From Eledone cirrhosa (taxonomy: Eukaryota), in assembly GCA_964016885.1 (NCBI GenBank), contig OZ024741.1:210676001-210740000 (forward strand): 64,000 nucleotides of DNA. The letters are read 5' to 3'. Every line of letters starts with the position of its first letter. The stretch's first letter is position 1. The notes beneath the pieces are model-generated. The model saw only the letters and a program-made list of their open reading frames with translations, did not search any database and was not told where the DNA came from. A program made the translations under genes and the position numbers. Positions 1-14,100 of this stretch are shown piece after piece.

Positions 1-19
1 GCCACAGTCCACCTATCTC

Positions 20-685
20 AGCCACAGTCCACTGTCTCAGCCTCAGTTCACCTATCTCAACCACAGTCCACCTATCTCAGTCTCAGTCCACTGTCTCAGC
101 CACAGTCCACTGTCTCAGCCACAGTCCACCTATCTCAGCCACAGTCCACTGTCTCAGCCTCAGTTCACCTATCTCAACCACAGTCCACCTATCTCAGCCT
201 CAGTCCACTGTCTCAGCCTCAGTTCACCTATCTCAGCCACAGTCCACTGTCTCAGCCACAGTCCACCTATCTCAGCCACAGTCCACTGTCTCAGCCACAG
301 TCCACCTATCTCAACCACAGTCCACTGTCTCAGCCACAGTCCACCTATCTAAGCCACAGTCCACTGTCTCAGCCTCAGTTCACCTATCTCAACCACAGTC
401 CACCTATCTCAGTCTCAGTCCACTGTCTCAGCCACAGTCCACTGTCTCAGCCACAGTCCACCTATCTCAGCCACAGTCCACTGTCTCAGCCTCAGTTCAC
501 CTATCTCAACCACAGTCCACCTATCTCAGCCTCAGTCCACTGTCTCAGCCTCAGTTCACCTATCTCAGCCACAGTCCACTGTCTCAGCCACAGTCCACCT
601 ATCTCAGCCACAGTCCACTGTCTCAGCCACAGTCCACCTATCTCAACCACAGTCCACTGTCTCAGCCACAGTCCACCTATCTCAG
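20..685. repeat. Higher-order tandem duplication, period 332 bp (17 monomers)
   Basis: CCTCAGTTCACCTATCTCAACCACAGTCCACCTATCTCAGTCTCAG occurs at 41 and 373, with the same monomer order following. Confidence 0.75.
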
Positions 686-2049
686 CCTCAGTCCACTGTC
701 TCAGCCTCAGTCCACTGTCTCAGCCACAGTCCACTGTCTCAGCCTCAGTCCACTGTCTCAGCCACAGTCCACCTATCTCAGCCACAGTCCACTGTCTCAG
801 CCACAGTCCACCTATCTCAGCCACAGTCCACTGTCTCAGCCTCAGTCCACCTATCGCAGCCAGAGTCCACTGTCTCAGCCTCAGTCCACTGTCTCAGCCA
901 CAGTCCACCTATCTCAGCCTCAGTCCACTGTCTCAGCCTCAGTCCACTGTCTCAGCCTCAGTCCACCTATCTCAACCTCAGTCCACTGTCTCAGCCTCAG
1001 TCCACTGTCTCAGCCTCAGTCCACCTATCTCAGCCACAGTCCACTGTCTCACCCTCAGTCCACCGTCTCAGCCACAGTCCACTGTCTCAGCCACAGTCCA
1101 CTGTCTCAGCCACAGTCCACTGTCTCAGCCACAGTCCACTGTCTCAGCCTCAGTCCACCTATCTCAACCACAGTCCACTGTCTCAGCCTCAGTCCACTGT
1201 CTCAGCCACAGTCCACCTATTTCAGCCACAGTCCACTGTCTCAGCCACAGTCCACCTATCTCAACCACAGTCCACTGTCTCAGCCTCAGTCCACTGTCTC
1301 AGCCACAGTCCACCTATTTCAGCCACAGTCCACTGTCTCAGCCACAGTCCACCTATCTCAACCACAGTCCACTGTCTCAGCCTCAGTCCACTGTCTCAGC
1401 CACAGTCCACCTATCTCAGCCACAGTCCACTGTCTCAGCCTCAGTCCACTGTCTCAGCCACAGTCCACCTACCTCAGCCACAGTCCACTGTCTCAGCCTC
1501 AGTCCACTGTCTCAGCCACAGTCCACCTATCTCAGCCACAGTCGACTGTCTCAGCCACAGTCCACCTATCTCAGCCACAGTCCACTGTCTCAGCCACAGT
1601 CCACCTATCTCAACCACAGTCCAGTGTCTCAACCACAGTCCACTGTCTCAGCCTCAGTTCACCTATCTCAACCACAGTCCACTGTCTCAGCCTCAGTCCA
1701 CTGTCTCAGCCACAGTCCACTGTCTCAGCCTCAGTCCACTGTCTCAGCCACAGTCCACCTATCTCAGCCACAGTCCACTGTCTCAGCCACAGTCCACTGT
1801 CTCAGCCTCAGTCCACTGTCTCAGCCACAGTCCACCTATCTCAGCCACAGTCCACCTATCTCAGCCTCAGTCCACTGTCTCAGCCTCAGTCCACTGTCTC
1901 AGCCACAGTCCACCTATCTCAGCCACAGTCCACTGTCTCAGCCTCAGTCCACCTATCTCAGCCACAGTCCACCTATCTCAGTCACAGTCCACTGTTTCAG
2001 CCACAGTCCACTGTCTCAGCCACAGTCCACCTATCTCAGCCACAGTCCA

Positions 2050-3585
2050 CTGTCTCAGCCACAGTCCACCTATCTCAACCACAGTCCACTGTCTCAACCA
2101 CAGTCCACTGTCTCAGCCACAGTCCACTGTCTCAGCCTCAGTCCACCTATCTCAGCCACAGTCCACCTATCTCAGCCACAGTCCACTGTCTCAGCCTCAG
2201 TCCACCTATCTCAGCCACAGTCCACTGTCTCAGCCTCAGTCCACTGTCTCAGCCACAGTCCACCTATCTCAGCCACAGTCCACCTATCTCAGCCACAGTC
2301 CACTGTCTCAGCCTCAGTTCACTGTCTCAGCCACAGTCCACCTATCTCAGCCACAGTCCACTGTCTCAGCCACAGTCCACCTATCTCAGCCACAGTCCAC
2401 TGACTCAGCCTCAGTCCACTGTCTCAGCCACAGTCCACCTATCTCAGCCACAGTCCACCTATCTCAACCACAGTCCACTGTCTCAGCCTCAGTTCACCTA
2501 TCTCAACCACAGTCCACTGTCTCAGCCTCAGTCCACTGTCTCAGCCACAGTCCACTGTCTCAGCCTCATTCCACTGTCTCAGCCTCAGTCCACCTATGTC
2601 AGCCACAGTCCACTGTCTCAGCCTCAGTCCACCTATCTCAGCCACAGACCACTGTCTCGGCCACAGTCCACCTATCTCAGCCACAGTCCACTGTCTCAGC
2701 CACAGTCCACCTATCTCAACCACAGTCCACTGTCTCAGTCTCAGTCCACTGTCTCAGCCTCAGTCCACCTATCTCAGCCACAGTCCACTGTCTCAGCCTC
2801 AGTCCACTGTCTCAGCCACAGTCCACCTATCTCAACCACAGTCCACTGTCTCAACCACAGTCCACTGTCTCAGCCACAGTCCACTGTCTCAGCCTCAGTC
2901 CACCTATCTCAGCCACAGTCCACCTATCTCAGCCACAGTCCACTGTCTCAGCCTCAGTCCACCTATCTCAGCCACAGTCCACTGTCTCAGCCTCAGTCCA
3001 CTGTCTCAGCCACAGTCCACCTATCTCAGCCACAGTCCACCTATCTCAGCCACAGTCCACTGTCTCAGCCTCAGTTCACTGTCTCAGCCACAGTCCACCT
3101 ATCTCAGCCACAGTCCACTGTCTCAGCCACAGTCCACCTATCTCAGCCACAGTCCACTGACTCAGCCTCAGTCCACTGTCTCAGCCACAGTCCACCTATC
3201 TCAGCCACAGTCCACCTATCTCAACCACAGTCCACTGTCTCAGCCTCAGTTCACCTATCTCAACCACAGTCCACTGTCTCAGCCTCAGTCCACTGTCTCA
3301 GCCACAGTCCACTGTCTCAGCCTCATTCCACTGTCTCAGCCTCAGTCCACCTATGTCAGCCACAGTCCACTGTCTCAGCCTCAGTCCACCTATCTCAGCC
3401 ACAGACCACTGTCTCGGCCACAGTCCACCTATCTCAGCCACAGTCCACTGTCTCAGCCACAGTCCACCTATCTCAACCACAGTCCACTGTCTCAGTCTCA
3501 GTCCACTGTCTCAGCCTCAGTCCACCTATCTCAGCCACAGTCCACTGTCTCAGCCTCAGTCCACTGTCTCAGCCACAGTCCACCT
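2050..3585. repeat. Higher-order tandem duplication, period 757 bp
   Basis: TGACTCAG at 2401 and 3158, the ATG variant at 2596 and 3353, and identical minus-strand ORFs at 2541 and 3298 all have offset 757. Confidence 0.9.
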
Positions 3586-4839
3586 ATCTCAGCCACAGTC
3601 CACTGTCTCAGCCACAGTCCACCTATCTCAACCACAGTCCACTGTCTCAGCCTCAGTCCACTGTCTCAGCCTCAGTTCACCTATCTCAACCACAGTCCAC
3701 TGTCTCAGCCTCAGTCCACTGTCTCAGCCACAGTCCACTGTCTCAGCCTCAGTCCACTGTCTCAGCCACAGTCCACCTATCTCAGCCACAGTCCACTGTC
3801 TCAGCCACAGTCCACCTATCTCAGCCACAGTCCACTGTCTCAGCCTCAATCCACCTATCTCAGCCACAGTCCACTGTCTCAGCCTCAGTCCACTGTCTCA
3901 GCCACAGTCCGCCTATCTCACCCTCAGTCCACTGTCTCAGCCACAGTCCACCTATCTCAGCCTCAGTCCACCGTCTCAGCCACAGTCCACTGTCTCAGCC
4001 ACAGTCCACTGTCTCAGCCACAGTCCACTGTCTCAGCCTCAGTTCACCTATCTCAACCACAGTCCACTGTCTCAGCCTCAGTTCACCTATCTCAACCACA
4101 GTCCACTGTCTCAGCCTCAGTCCAATGTCTCAGCCACAGTCCACTGTCTCAGCCTCAGTCCACTGTCTCAGCCACAGTCCACCTATCTCAGCCACAGTCC
4201 ACTGTCTCAGCCACAGTCCACCTATCTCAGCCACAGTCCACTGTCTCAGCCTCAGTCCACCTATCTCAGCCACAGTCCACTGTCTCAGCCTCAGTCCACT
4301 GTCTCAGCCACAGTCCACCTATCTCAGCCTCAGTCCACCGTCTCAGCCACAGTCCACTGTCTCAGCCACAGTCCACTGTCTCAGCCACAGTCCACTGTCT
4401 CAGCCTCAGTTCACCTATCTCAACCACAGTCCACTGTCTCAGCCTCAGTTCACCTATCTCAACCACAGTCCATTGTCTCAGCCTCAGTCCAATGTCTCAG
4501 CCACAGTCCACTGTCTCAGCCTCAGTCCACTGTCTCAGCCACAGTCCACCTATCTCAGCCACAGTCCACTGTCTCAGCCACAGTCCACATATCTCAGCCA
4601 CAGTCCACTGTCTCAGCCTCAGTCCACCTATCTCAGCCACAGTCCACTGTCTCAGCCTCAGTCCACTGTCTCAGCCACAGTCCGCCTATCTCAGCCACAG
4701 TCCACCTATCTCACCCTCAGTCCACTGTCTCAGCCACAGTCCACCTATCTCAGCCTCAGTCCACTGTCTCAGCCTCAGTCCACTGTCTCAGCCTCAGTCC
4801 ACCTATCTCAGCCTCAGTCCACTGTCTCAGCCTCAGTCC

Positions 4840-7790
4840 ACTGTCTCAGCCTCAGTCCACCTATCTCAGCCACAGTCCACTGTCTCACCCTCAGTCCACC
4901 GTCTCAGCCACAGTCCACTGTCTCAGCCACAGTCCACTGTCTCAGCCACAGTCCACTGTCTCAGCCACAGTCCACTGTCTCAGCCTCAGTTCACCTATCT
5001 CAACCACAGTCCACTGTCTCAGCCTCAGTTCACCTATCTCAACCACAGTCCACTGTCTCAGCCTCAGTCCACTGTCTCAGCCTCAGTTCACCTATCTCAA
5101 CCACAGTCCACTGTCTCAGCCTCAGTCCACTGTCTCAGCCACAGTCCACTGTCTCAGCCACAGTCCACTGTCTCAGCCTCAGTCCACTGTCTCAGCCACA
5201 GTCCACTGTCTCAGTCTCAGTCCACTGTCTCAGCCTCAGTCCACCTATCTCAGCCACAGTCCACTGTCTCAACCACAGTCCACTGTCTCAGCCTCAGTTC
5301 ACCTATCTCAACCACAGTCCACTGTCTCAGCCTCAGTCCACTGTCTCAGCCACAGTCCACTGTCTCAGCCTCAGTCCACTGTCTCAGCCACAGTCCACCT
5401 ATCTCAGCCACAGTCCACTGTCTCAGCCACAGTCCACCTATCTCAGCCACAGTCCACTGTCTCAGCCACAGTCCACCTATCTCAACCACAGTCCACTGTC
5501 TCAGCCTCAGTTCACCTATCTCAGCCACAGTCCACTGTCTCAGCCTCAGTCCACTGTCTCAGCCACAGTCCACCTATCTCAGCCACAGTCCACTGTCTCA
5601 GCCACAGTCCACCTATCTCAGCCACAGTCCACCTATCTCAGCCACAGTCCACTGTCTCAGCCACAGTCCACCTATCTCAGCCACAGTCCACCTATCTCAG
5701 CCACAGTCCACTGTCTCAGCCACAGTCCACCTATCTCAGTCTCAGTCCACTGTCTCAGCCACAGTCCACTGTCTCAGTCTCAGTCCACCTATCTCAGTCT
5801 CAGTCCACTGTCACAGCCACAGTCCACTGTCTCAGTCTCAGTCCACCTATCTCAGTCTCAGTCCACTGTCTCAGCCACAGTCCACCTATCTCAGCCACAG
5901 TCCACTGTCTCAGTCTCAGTCCACCTATCTCAGTCCCAGTCCACTGTCTCAGCCACAGTCCACTGTCTCAGTCTCAGTCCACCTATCTCAGCCACAGTCC
6001 ACTGTCTCAGCCTCAGTCCACTGTCTCAGCCACAGTCCACTGTCTCAGCCTCAGTCCACTGTCTCAGCCTCAGTCCACCTAACTCAACCACAGTCCACTG
6101 TCTCAGCCTCAGTTCACCTATCTCAGCCACAGTCCACTGTCTCAGCCTCAGTCCACTGTCTCAGCCACAGTCCACTGTCTCAGCCTCAGTCCACTGTCTC
6201 AGCCTCAGTCCACCTATCTCAACCACAGTCCACTGTCTCAGCCTCAGTCCACTGTCTCAGCCTCAGTCCACCTAACTCAACCACAGTCCACTGTCTCAGC
6301 CTCAGTTCACCTATCTCAGCCACAGTCCACTGTCTCAGCCTCAGTCCACTGTCTCAGCCACAGTCCACTGTCTCAGCCTCAGTCCACTGTCTCAGCCTCA
6401 GTCCACCTATCTCAGCCACAGTCCACTGTCTCACCCTCAGTCCACCGTCTCAGCCACAGTCCACTGTCTCAGCCACAGTCCACTGTCTCAGCCACAGTCC
6501 ACTGTCTCAGCCACAGTCCACTGTCTCAGCCTCAGTTCACCTATCTCAACCACAGTCCACTGTCTCAGCCTCAGTTCACCTATCTCAACCACAGTCCACT
6601 GTCTCAGCCTCAGTCCACTGTCTCAGCCTCAGTTCACCTATCTCAACCACAGTCCACTGTCTCAGCCTCAGTCCACTGTCTCAGCCACAGTCCACTGTCT
6701 CAGCCACAGTCCACTGTCTCAGCCTCAGTCCACTGTCTCAGCCACAGTCCACTGTCTCAGTCTCAGTCCACTGTCTCAGCCTCAGTCCACCTATCTCAGC
6801 CACAGTCCACTGTCTCAACCACAGTCCACTGTCTCAGCCTCAGTTCACCTATCTCAACCACAGTCCACTGTCTCAGCCTCAGTCCACTGTCTCAGCCACA
6901 GTCCACTGTCTCAGCCTCAGTCCACTGTCTCAGCCACAGTCCACCTATCTCAGCCACAGTCCACTGTCTCAGCCACAGTCCACCTATCTCAGCCACAGTC
7001 CACTGTCTCAGCCACAGTCCACCTATCTCAACCACAGTCCACTGTCTCAGCCTCAGTTCACCTATCTCAGCCACAGTCCACTGTCTCAGCCTCAGTCCAC
7101 TGTCTCAGCCACAGTCCACCTATCTCAGCCACAGTCCACTGTCTCAGCCACAGTCCACCTATCTCAGCCACAGTCCACCTATCTCAGCCACAGTCCACTG
7201 TCTCAGCCACAGTCCACCTATCTCAGCCACAGTCCACCTATCTCAGCCACAGTCCACTGTCTCAGCCACAGTCCACCTATCTCAGTCTCAGTCCACTGTC
7301 TCAGCCACAGTCCACTGTCTCAGTCTCAGTCCACCTATCTCAGTCTCAGTCCACTGTCACAGCCACAGTCCACTGTCTCAGTCTCAGTCCACCTATCTCA
7401 GTCTCAGTCCACTGTCTCAGCCACAGTCCACCTATCTCAGCCACAGTCCACTGTCTCAGTCTCAGTCCACCTATCTCAGTCCCAGTCCACTGTCTCAGCC
7501 ACAGTCCACTGTCTCAGTCTCAGTCCACCTATCTCAGCCACAGTCCACTGTCTCAGCCTCCGTCCACTGTCTCAGCCACAGTCCACTGTCTCAGCCTCAG
7601 TCCACTGTCTCAGCCTCAGTCCACCTAACTCAACCACAGTCCACTGTCTCAGCCTCAGTTCACCTATCTCAGCCACAGTCCACTGTCTCAGCCTCAGTCC
7701 ACTGTCTCAGCCACAGTCCACTGTCTCAGCCTCAGTCCACTGTCTCAGCCTCAGTCCACCTATCTCAACCACAGTCCACTGTCTCAGCCT
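4840..7790. repeat. Higher-order duplication, period 1546 bp
   Basis: Markers at 4881/6427 (CACCCTCAG), 5931/7477 (CAGTCCCAGT) and 6080/7626 (TAA in CCTAACTC), plus ORFs at 5346/6892. Confidence 0.9.
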
Positions 7791-10700
7791 CAGTCCACCT
7801 ATCTCAACCACAGTCCACCTATCTCAGCCACAGTCCACTGTCTCAGCCTCAGTCCACTGTCTCAGCCACAGTCCACCTATCTCAGCCACAGTCCACTGTC
7901 TCAGCCACAGTCCACTGTCTCAGTCTCAGTCCACCTATCTTAGCCACAGTCCACTGTCTCAGCCACAGTCCACCTATCTCAGCCACAGTCCACCTATCTC
8001 AGCCACAGTCCACTGTCTCAGCCACAGTCCACCTATCTCAGTCTCAGTCCACTGTCTCAGCCACAGTCCACTGTCTCAGTCTCAGTCCACCTATCTCAGC
8101 CACAGTCCACTGTCTCAGCCACAGTCCACCTATCTCAGCCACAGTCCACCTATCTCAGCCACAGTCCACCTATCTCACCCTCAGTCCACTGTCTCAGCCA
8201 CAGTCCACCTATCTCAGCCTCAGTCCACTGACTCAGCCTCAGTCCACTGTCTCAGCCGCAGTCCACCTATCTCAGCCTCAGTCCACTGTCTCAGCCTCAG
8301 TCCACTGTCTCAGCCTCAGTCCACCTATCTCAGCCACAGTCCACTGTCTCACCATCAGTCCACCATCTCAGCCACAGTCCACTGTCTCAGCCACAGTCCA
8401 CTGTCTCAGCCACAGTCCACTGTCTCAGCCACAGTCCACTGTCTCAGCCACAGTCCACTGTCTCAGCCACAGTCCACTGTCTCAGCCTCAGTTCACCTAT
8501 CTCAACCACAGTCCACTGTCTCAGCCTCAGTTCACCTATCTCAACCACAGTCCACTGTCTCAGCCTCAGTCCACTGTCTCAGCCTCAGTCCACCTATCTC
8601 AACCACAGTCCACTGTCTCAGCCTCAGTCCACTGTCTCAGCCACAGTCCACTGTCTCAGCCACAGTCCACTGTCTCAGCCTCAGTCCACTGTCTCAGCCA
8701 CAGTCCACTGTCTCAGTCTCAGTCCACTGTCTGAGCCTCAGTCCACCTATCTCAGCCACAGTCCACTGTCTCAGCCTCAGTTCACCTATCTCAACCACAG
8801 TCCACTGTCTCAGCCTCAGTCCACTGTCTCAGCCTCAGTCCACTGTCTCAGCCTCAGTCCACTGTCTCAGCCACAGTCCACCTATCTCAGCCACAGTCCA
8901 CTGTCTCAGCCACAGTCCACCTATCTCAGCCACAGTCCACTGTCTCAGCCACAGTCCACCTATCTCAACCACAGTCCACTGTCTCAGCCTCAGTTCACCT
9001 ATCTCAGCCACAGTCCAATGTCTCAGCCTCAGTCCACTGTCTCAGCCACAGTCCACCTATCTCAGCCACAGTCCACTGTCTCAGCCACAGTCCACCTATC
9101 TCAGCCACAGTCCACCTATCTCAGCCACAGTCCACTGTCTCAGCCACAGTCCACCTATCTCAGCCACAGTCCACCTATCTCAGCCACAGTTCACCTATCT
9201 CAACCACAGTCCACTGTCTCAGCCACAGTCCACTGTCTCAGCCACAGTCCACCTATCTCAGTCTCAGTCCACTGCCTCAGCCACAGTCCACTGTCTCAGT
9301 CTCAGTCCACCTATCTCAGTCTCAGTCCACTGTCTCAGCCACAGTCCACCTATCTCAGCCACAGTCCACTGTCTCAGTCTCAGTCCACCTATCTCAGTCT
9401 CAGTCCACTGTCTCAGCCACAGTCCACTGTCTCAGTCTCAGTCCACCTATATCAGCCACAGTCCACTGTCTCAGCCTCAGTCCACTGTCTCAGCCACAGT
9501 CCACTGTCTCAGCCTCAGTCCACCTATCTCAGCCACAGTCCACTGTCTCAGCCACAGTCCACCTATCTCAGTCTCAGTCCACTGTCTCAGCCACAGTCCA
9601 CTGTCTCAGTCTCAGTCCACCTATCTCAGTCTCAGTCCACTGTCTCAGCCACAGTCCACCTATCTCAGCCACAGTCCACTGTCTCAGTCTCAGTCCACCT
9701 ATCTCAGTCTCAGTCCACTGTCTCAGCCACAGTCCACTGTCTCAGCCTCAGTCCACCTATCTCAACCACAGTCCACTGTCTCAGCCTCAGTTCACCTATC
9801 TCAGCCACAGTCCACTGTCTCAGCCACAGTCCACTGTCTCAGCATCAGTTCACTGTCTCAGCCACAGTCCACCTATCTCAGCCACAGTCCACTGTCTCAG
9901 CCACAGTCCACCTATCTCAGCCACAGTCCACTGTCTCAGCCTCAGTCCACTGTCTCAGCCACAGTCCACCTATCTCAGCCACAGTCCACCTATCTCAACC
10001 ACAGTCCACTGTCTCAGCCTCAGTTCACCTATCTCAACCACAGTCCACTGTCTCAGCCTCAGTCCACTGTCTCAGCCACAGTCCACTGTCTCAGCCTCAT
10101 TCCACTGTCTCAGTCTCAGTCCACCTATGTCAGCCACAGTCCACTGTCTCAGTCTCAGTCCACTGTCTCAGCCTCAGTCCACCTATCTCAGCCACAGACC
10201 ACTGTCTCAGCCACAGTCCACCTATCTCAGCCACAGTCCACTGTCTCAGCCACAGTCCACCTATCTCAACCACAGTCCACTGTCTCAGCCTCAGTCCACT
10301 GTCTCAGCCACAGTTCACCTATCTCAGCCACAGTCCACTGTCTCAGCCACAGTCCACCTATCTCAGTCTCAGTCCACTGTCTCAGCCACAGTCCACTGTC
10401 TCAGTCTCAGTACACCTATCTCAGTCTCAGTCCACTGTCACAGCCACAGTCCACTGTCTCAGTCTCAGTCCACCTATCTCAGTCTCAGTCCACTGTCTCA
10501 GCCACAGTCCACCTATCTCAGCCACAGTCCACTGTCTCAGTCTCAGTCCACCTATCTCAGTCTCAGTCCACTGTCTCAGCCACAGTCCACTGTCTCAGTC
10601 TCAGTCCACCTATCTCAGCCACTGTCCACTGTCTCAGCCTCAGTCCACTGTCTCAGCCACAGTCCACTGTCTCAGCCTCAGTCCACTGTCTCTGCCTCAG

Positions 10701-11199
10701 TCCACCTATCTCAACCACAGTCCACTGTCTCAGCCTCAGTTCACCTATCTCAGCCACAGTCCACTGTCTCAGCCTCAGTCCACTGTCTCAGCCACAGTTC
10801 ACTGTCTCAGCCTCAGTCCACTGTCTCAGCCTCAGTCCACCTATCTCAACCACAGTCCACTGTCTCAGCCACAGTCCACCTATCTCAGCCACAGTCCACT
10901 GTCTCAGCCTCAGTCCACTGTCTCAGCCACAGTCCACCAATCTCAGCCACAGTCCACTGTCTCAGCCACAGTCCACTGTCTCAGTCTCAGTCCACCTATC
11001 TCAGCCACAGTCCACTGTCTCAGCCACAGTCCACCTATCTCAGCCACAGTCCACCTATCTCAGCCACAGTCCACTGTCTCAGCCACAGTCCACCTATCTC
11101 AGTCTCAGTCCACTGTCTCAGCCACAGTCCACTGTCTCAGTCTCAGTCCACCTATCACAGCCACAGTCCACTGTCTCAGCCACAGTCCACCTATCTCAG

Positions 11200-14100
11200 C
11201 CACAGTCCACTGTCTCAGCCACATTCCACCTATCTCAGTCTCAGTCCACTGTCTCAGCCACAGTCCACTGTCTCAGTCTCAGTCCACCTATCTCAGCCAC
11301 AGTCCACTGTCTCAGCCACAGTCCACCTATCTCAGCCACAGTCCACCTATCTCAGCCACAGTCCACCTATCTCACCCTCAGTCCACTGTCTCAGCCACAG
11401 TCCACCTATCTCAGCCTCAGTCCACTGTCTCAGCCTCAGTCCACTGTCTCAGCCTCAGTCCACCTATCTCAGCCTCAGTCCACTGTCTCAGCCTCAGTCC
11501 ACTGTCTCAGCCTCAGTCCACCTATCTCAGCCACAGTCCACTGTCTCACCCTCAGTCCACCGTCTCAGCCACAGTCCACTGTCTCAGCCACAGTCCACTG
11601 TCTCAGCCACAGTCCACTGTCTCAGCCACAGTCCACTGTCTCAGCCTCAGTTCACCTATCTCAACCACAGTCCACTGTCTCAGCCTCAGTTCACCTATCT
11701 CAACCACAGTCCACTGTCTCAGCCTCAGTCCACTGTCTCAGCCTCAGTTCACCTATCTCAACCACAGTCCACTGTCTCAGCCTCAGTCCACTGTCTCAGC
11801 CACAGTCCACTGTCTTAGCCACAGTCCACTGTCTCAGCCTCAGTCCACTGTCTCAGCCACAGTCCACTGTCTCAGTCTCAGTCCACTGTCTCAGCCTCAG
11901 TCCACCTATCTCAGCCACAGTCCACTGTCTCAACCACAGTCCACTGTCTCAGCCTCAGTTCACCTATCTCAACCACAGTCCACTGTCTCAGCCTCAGTCC
12001 ACTGTCTCAGCCACAGTCCACTGTCTCAGCCTCAGTCCACTGTCTCAGCCACAGTCCACCTATCTCAGCCACAGTCCACTGTCTCAGCCACAGTCCACCT
12101 ATCTCAGCCACAGTCCACTGTCTCAGCCACAGTCCACCTATCTCAACCACATTCCACTGTCTCAGCCTCAGTTCACCTATCTCAGCCACAGTCCACTGTC
12201 TCAGCCTCAGTCCACTGTCTCAGCCACAGTCCACCTATCTCAGCCACAGTCCACTGTCTCAGCCACAGTCCACCTATCTCAGCCACAGTCCACCTATCTC
12301 AGCCACAGTCCACTGTCTCAGCCACAGTCCACCTATCTCAGCCACAGTCCACCTATCTCAGCCACAGTCCACTGTCTCAGCCACAGTCCACCTATCTCAG
12401 TCTCAGTCCACTGTCACAGCCACAGTCCACTGTCTCAGTCTCAGTCCACCTATCTCAGTCTCAGTCCACTGTCTCAGCCACAGTCCACCTATCTCAGCCA
12501 CAGTCCACTGTCTCAGTCTCAGTCCACCTATCTCAGTCTCAGTCCACTGTCTCAGCCACAGGCCACTGTCTCAGTCTCAGTCCACCTATCTCAGCCACTG
12601 TCCACTGTCTCAGCCTCAGTCCACTGTCTCAGCCACAGTCCACTGTCTCAGCCTCAGTCCACTGTCTCAGCCTCAGTCCACCTATCTCAACCACAGTCCA
12701 CTGTCTCAGCCTCAGTTCACCTATCTCAGCCACAGTCCACTGTCTCAGCCTCAGTCCACTGTCTCAGCCACAGTCCACTGTCTCAGCCTCAGTCCACTGT
12801 CTCAGCCTCAGTCCACCTATCTCAACCACAGTCCACTGTCTCAGCCACAGTCCACCTATCTCAGCCACAGTCCACTGTCTCAGCCTCAGTCCACTGTCTC
12901 AGCCACAGTCCACCTATCTCAGCCACAGTCCACTGTCTCAGCCACAGTCCACTGTCTCAGTCTCAGTCCACCTATCTCAGCCACAGTCCACTGTCTCAGC
13001 CACAGTCCACCTATCTCAGCCACAGTCCACCTATCTCAGTCTCAGTCCACTGTCTCAGCCACAGTCCACTGTCTCAGTCTCAGTCCACCTATCTCAGTCT
13101 CAGTCCACTGTCTCAGCCACAGTCCACCTATCTCAGCCACAGTCCACTGTCTCAGTCTCAGTCCACCTATCTCAGTCTCAGTCCACTGTCTCAGCCACAG
13201 TCCACTGTCTCAGTCTCAGTCCACCTATCTCAGCCACTGTCCACTGTCTCAGCCTCAGTCCACTGTCTCAGCCACAGTCCACTGTCTCAGCCTCAGTCCA
13301 CTGTCTCAGCCTCAGTCCACCTATCTCAACCACAGTCCACTGTCTCAGCCTCAGTTCACCTATCTCAGCCACAGTCCACTGTCTCAGCCTCAGTCCACTG
13401 TCTCAGCCACAGTCCACTGTCTCAGCCTCAGTCCACTGTCTCAGCCTCAGTCCACCTATCTCAACCACAGTCCACTGTCTCAGCCACAGTCCACCTATCT
13501 CAGCCACAGTCCACTGTCTCAGCCTCAGTCCACTGTCTCAGCCACAGTCCACCAATCTCAGCCACAGTCCACTGTCTCAGCCACAGTCCACTGTCTCAGT
13601 CTCAGTCCACCTATCTCAGCCACAGTCCACTGTCTCAGCCACAGTCCACCTATCTCAGCCACAGTCCACCTATCTCAGCCACAGTCCACTGTCTCAGCCA
13701 CAGTCCACCTATCTCAGTCTCAGTCCACTGTCTCAGCCACAGTCCACTGTCTGAGTCTCAGTCCACCTATCTCAGCCACAGTCCACTGTCTCAGCCACAG
13801 TCCACCTATCTCAGCCACAGTCCACTGTCTCAGCCACATTCCACCTATCTCAGTCTCAGTCCACTGTCTCAGCCACAGTCCACTGTCTCAGTCTCAGTCC
13901 ACCTATCTCAGCCACAGTCCACTGTCTCAGCCACAGTCCACCTATCTCAGCCACAGTCCACCTATCTCAGCCACAGTCCACCTATCTCACCCTCAGTCCA
14001 CTGTCTCAGCCACAGTCCACCTATCTCAGCCTCAGTCCACTGTCTCAGCCTCAGTCCACTGTCTCAGCCTCAGTCCACCTATCTCAGCCTCAGTCCACTG

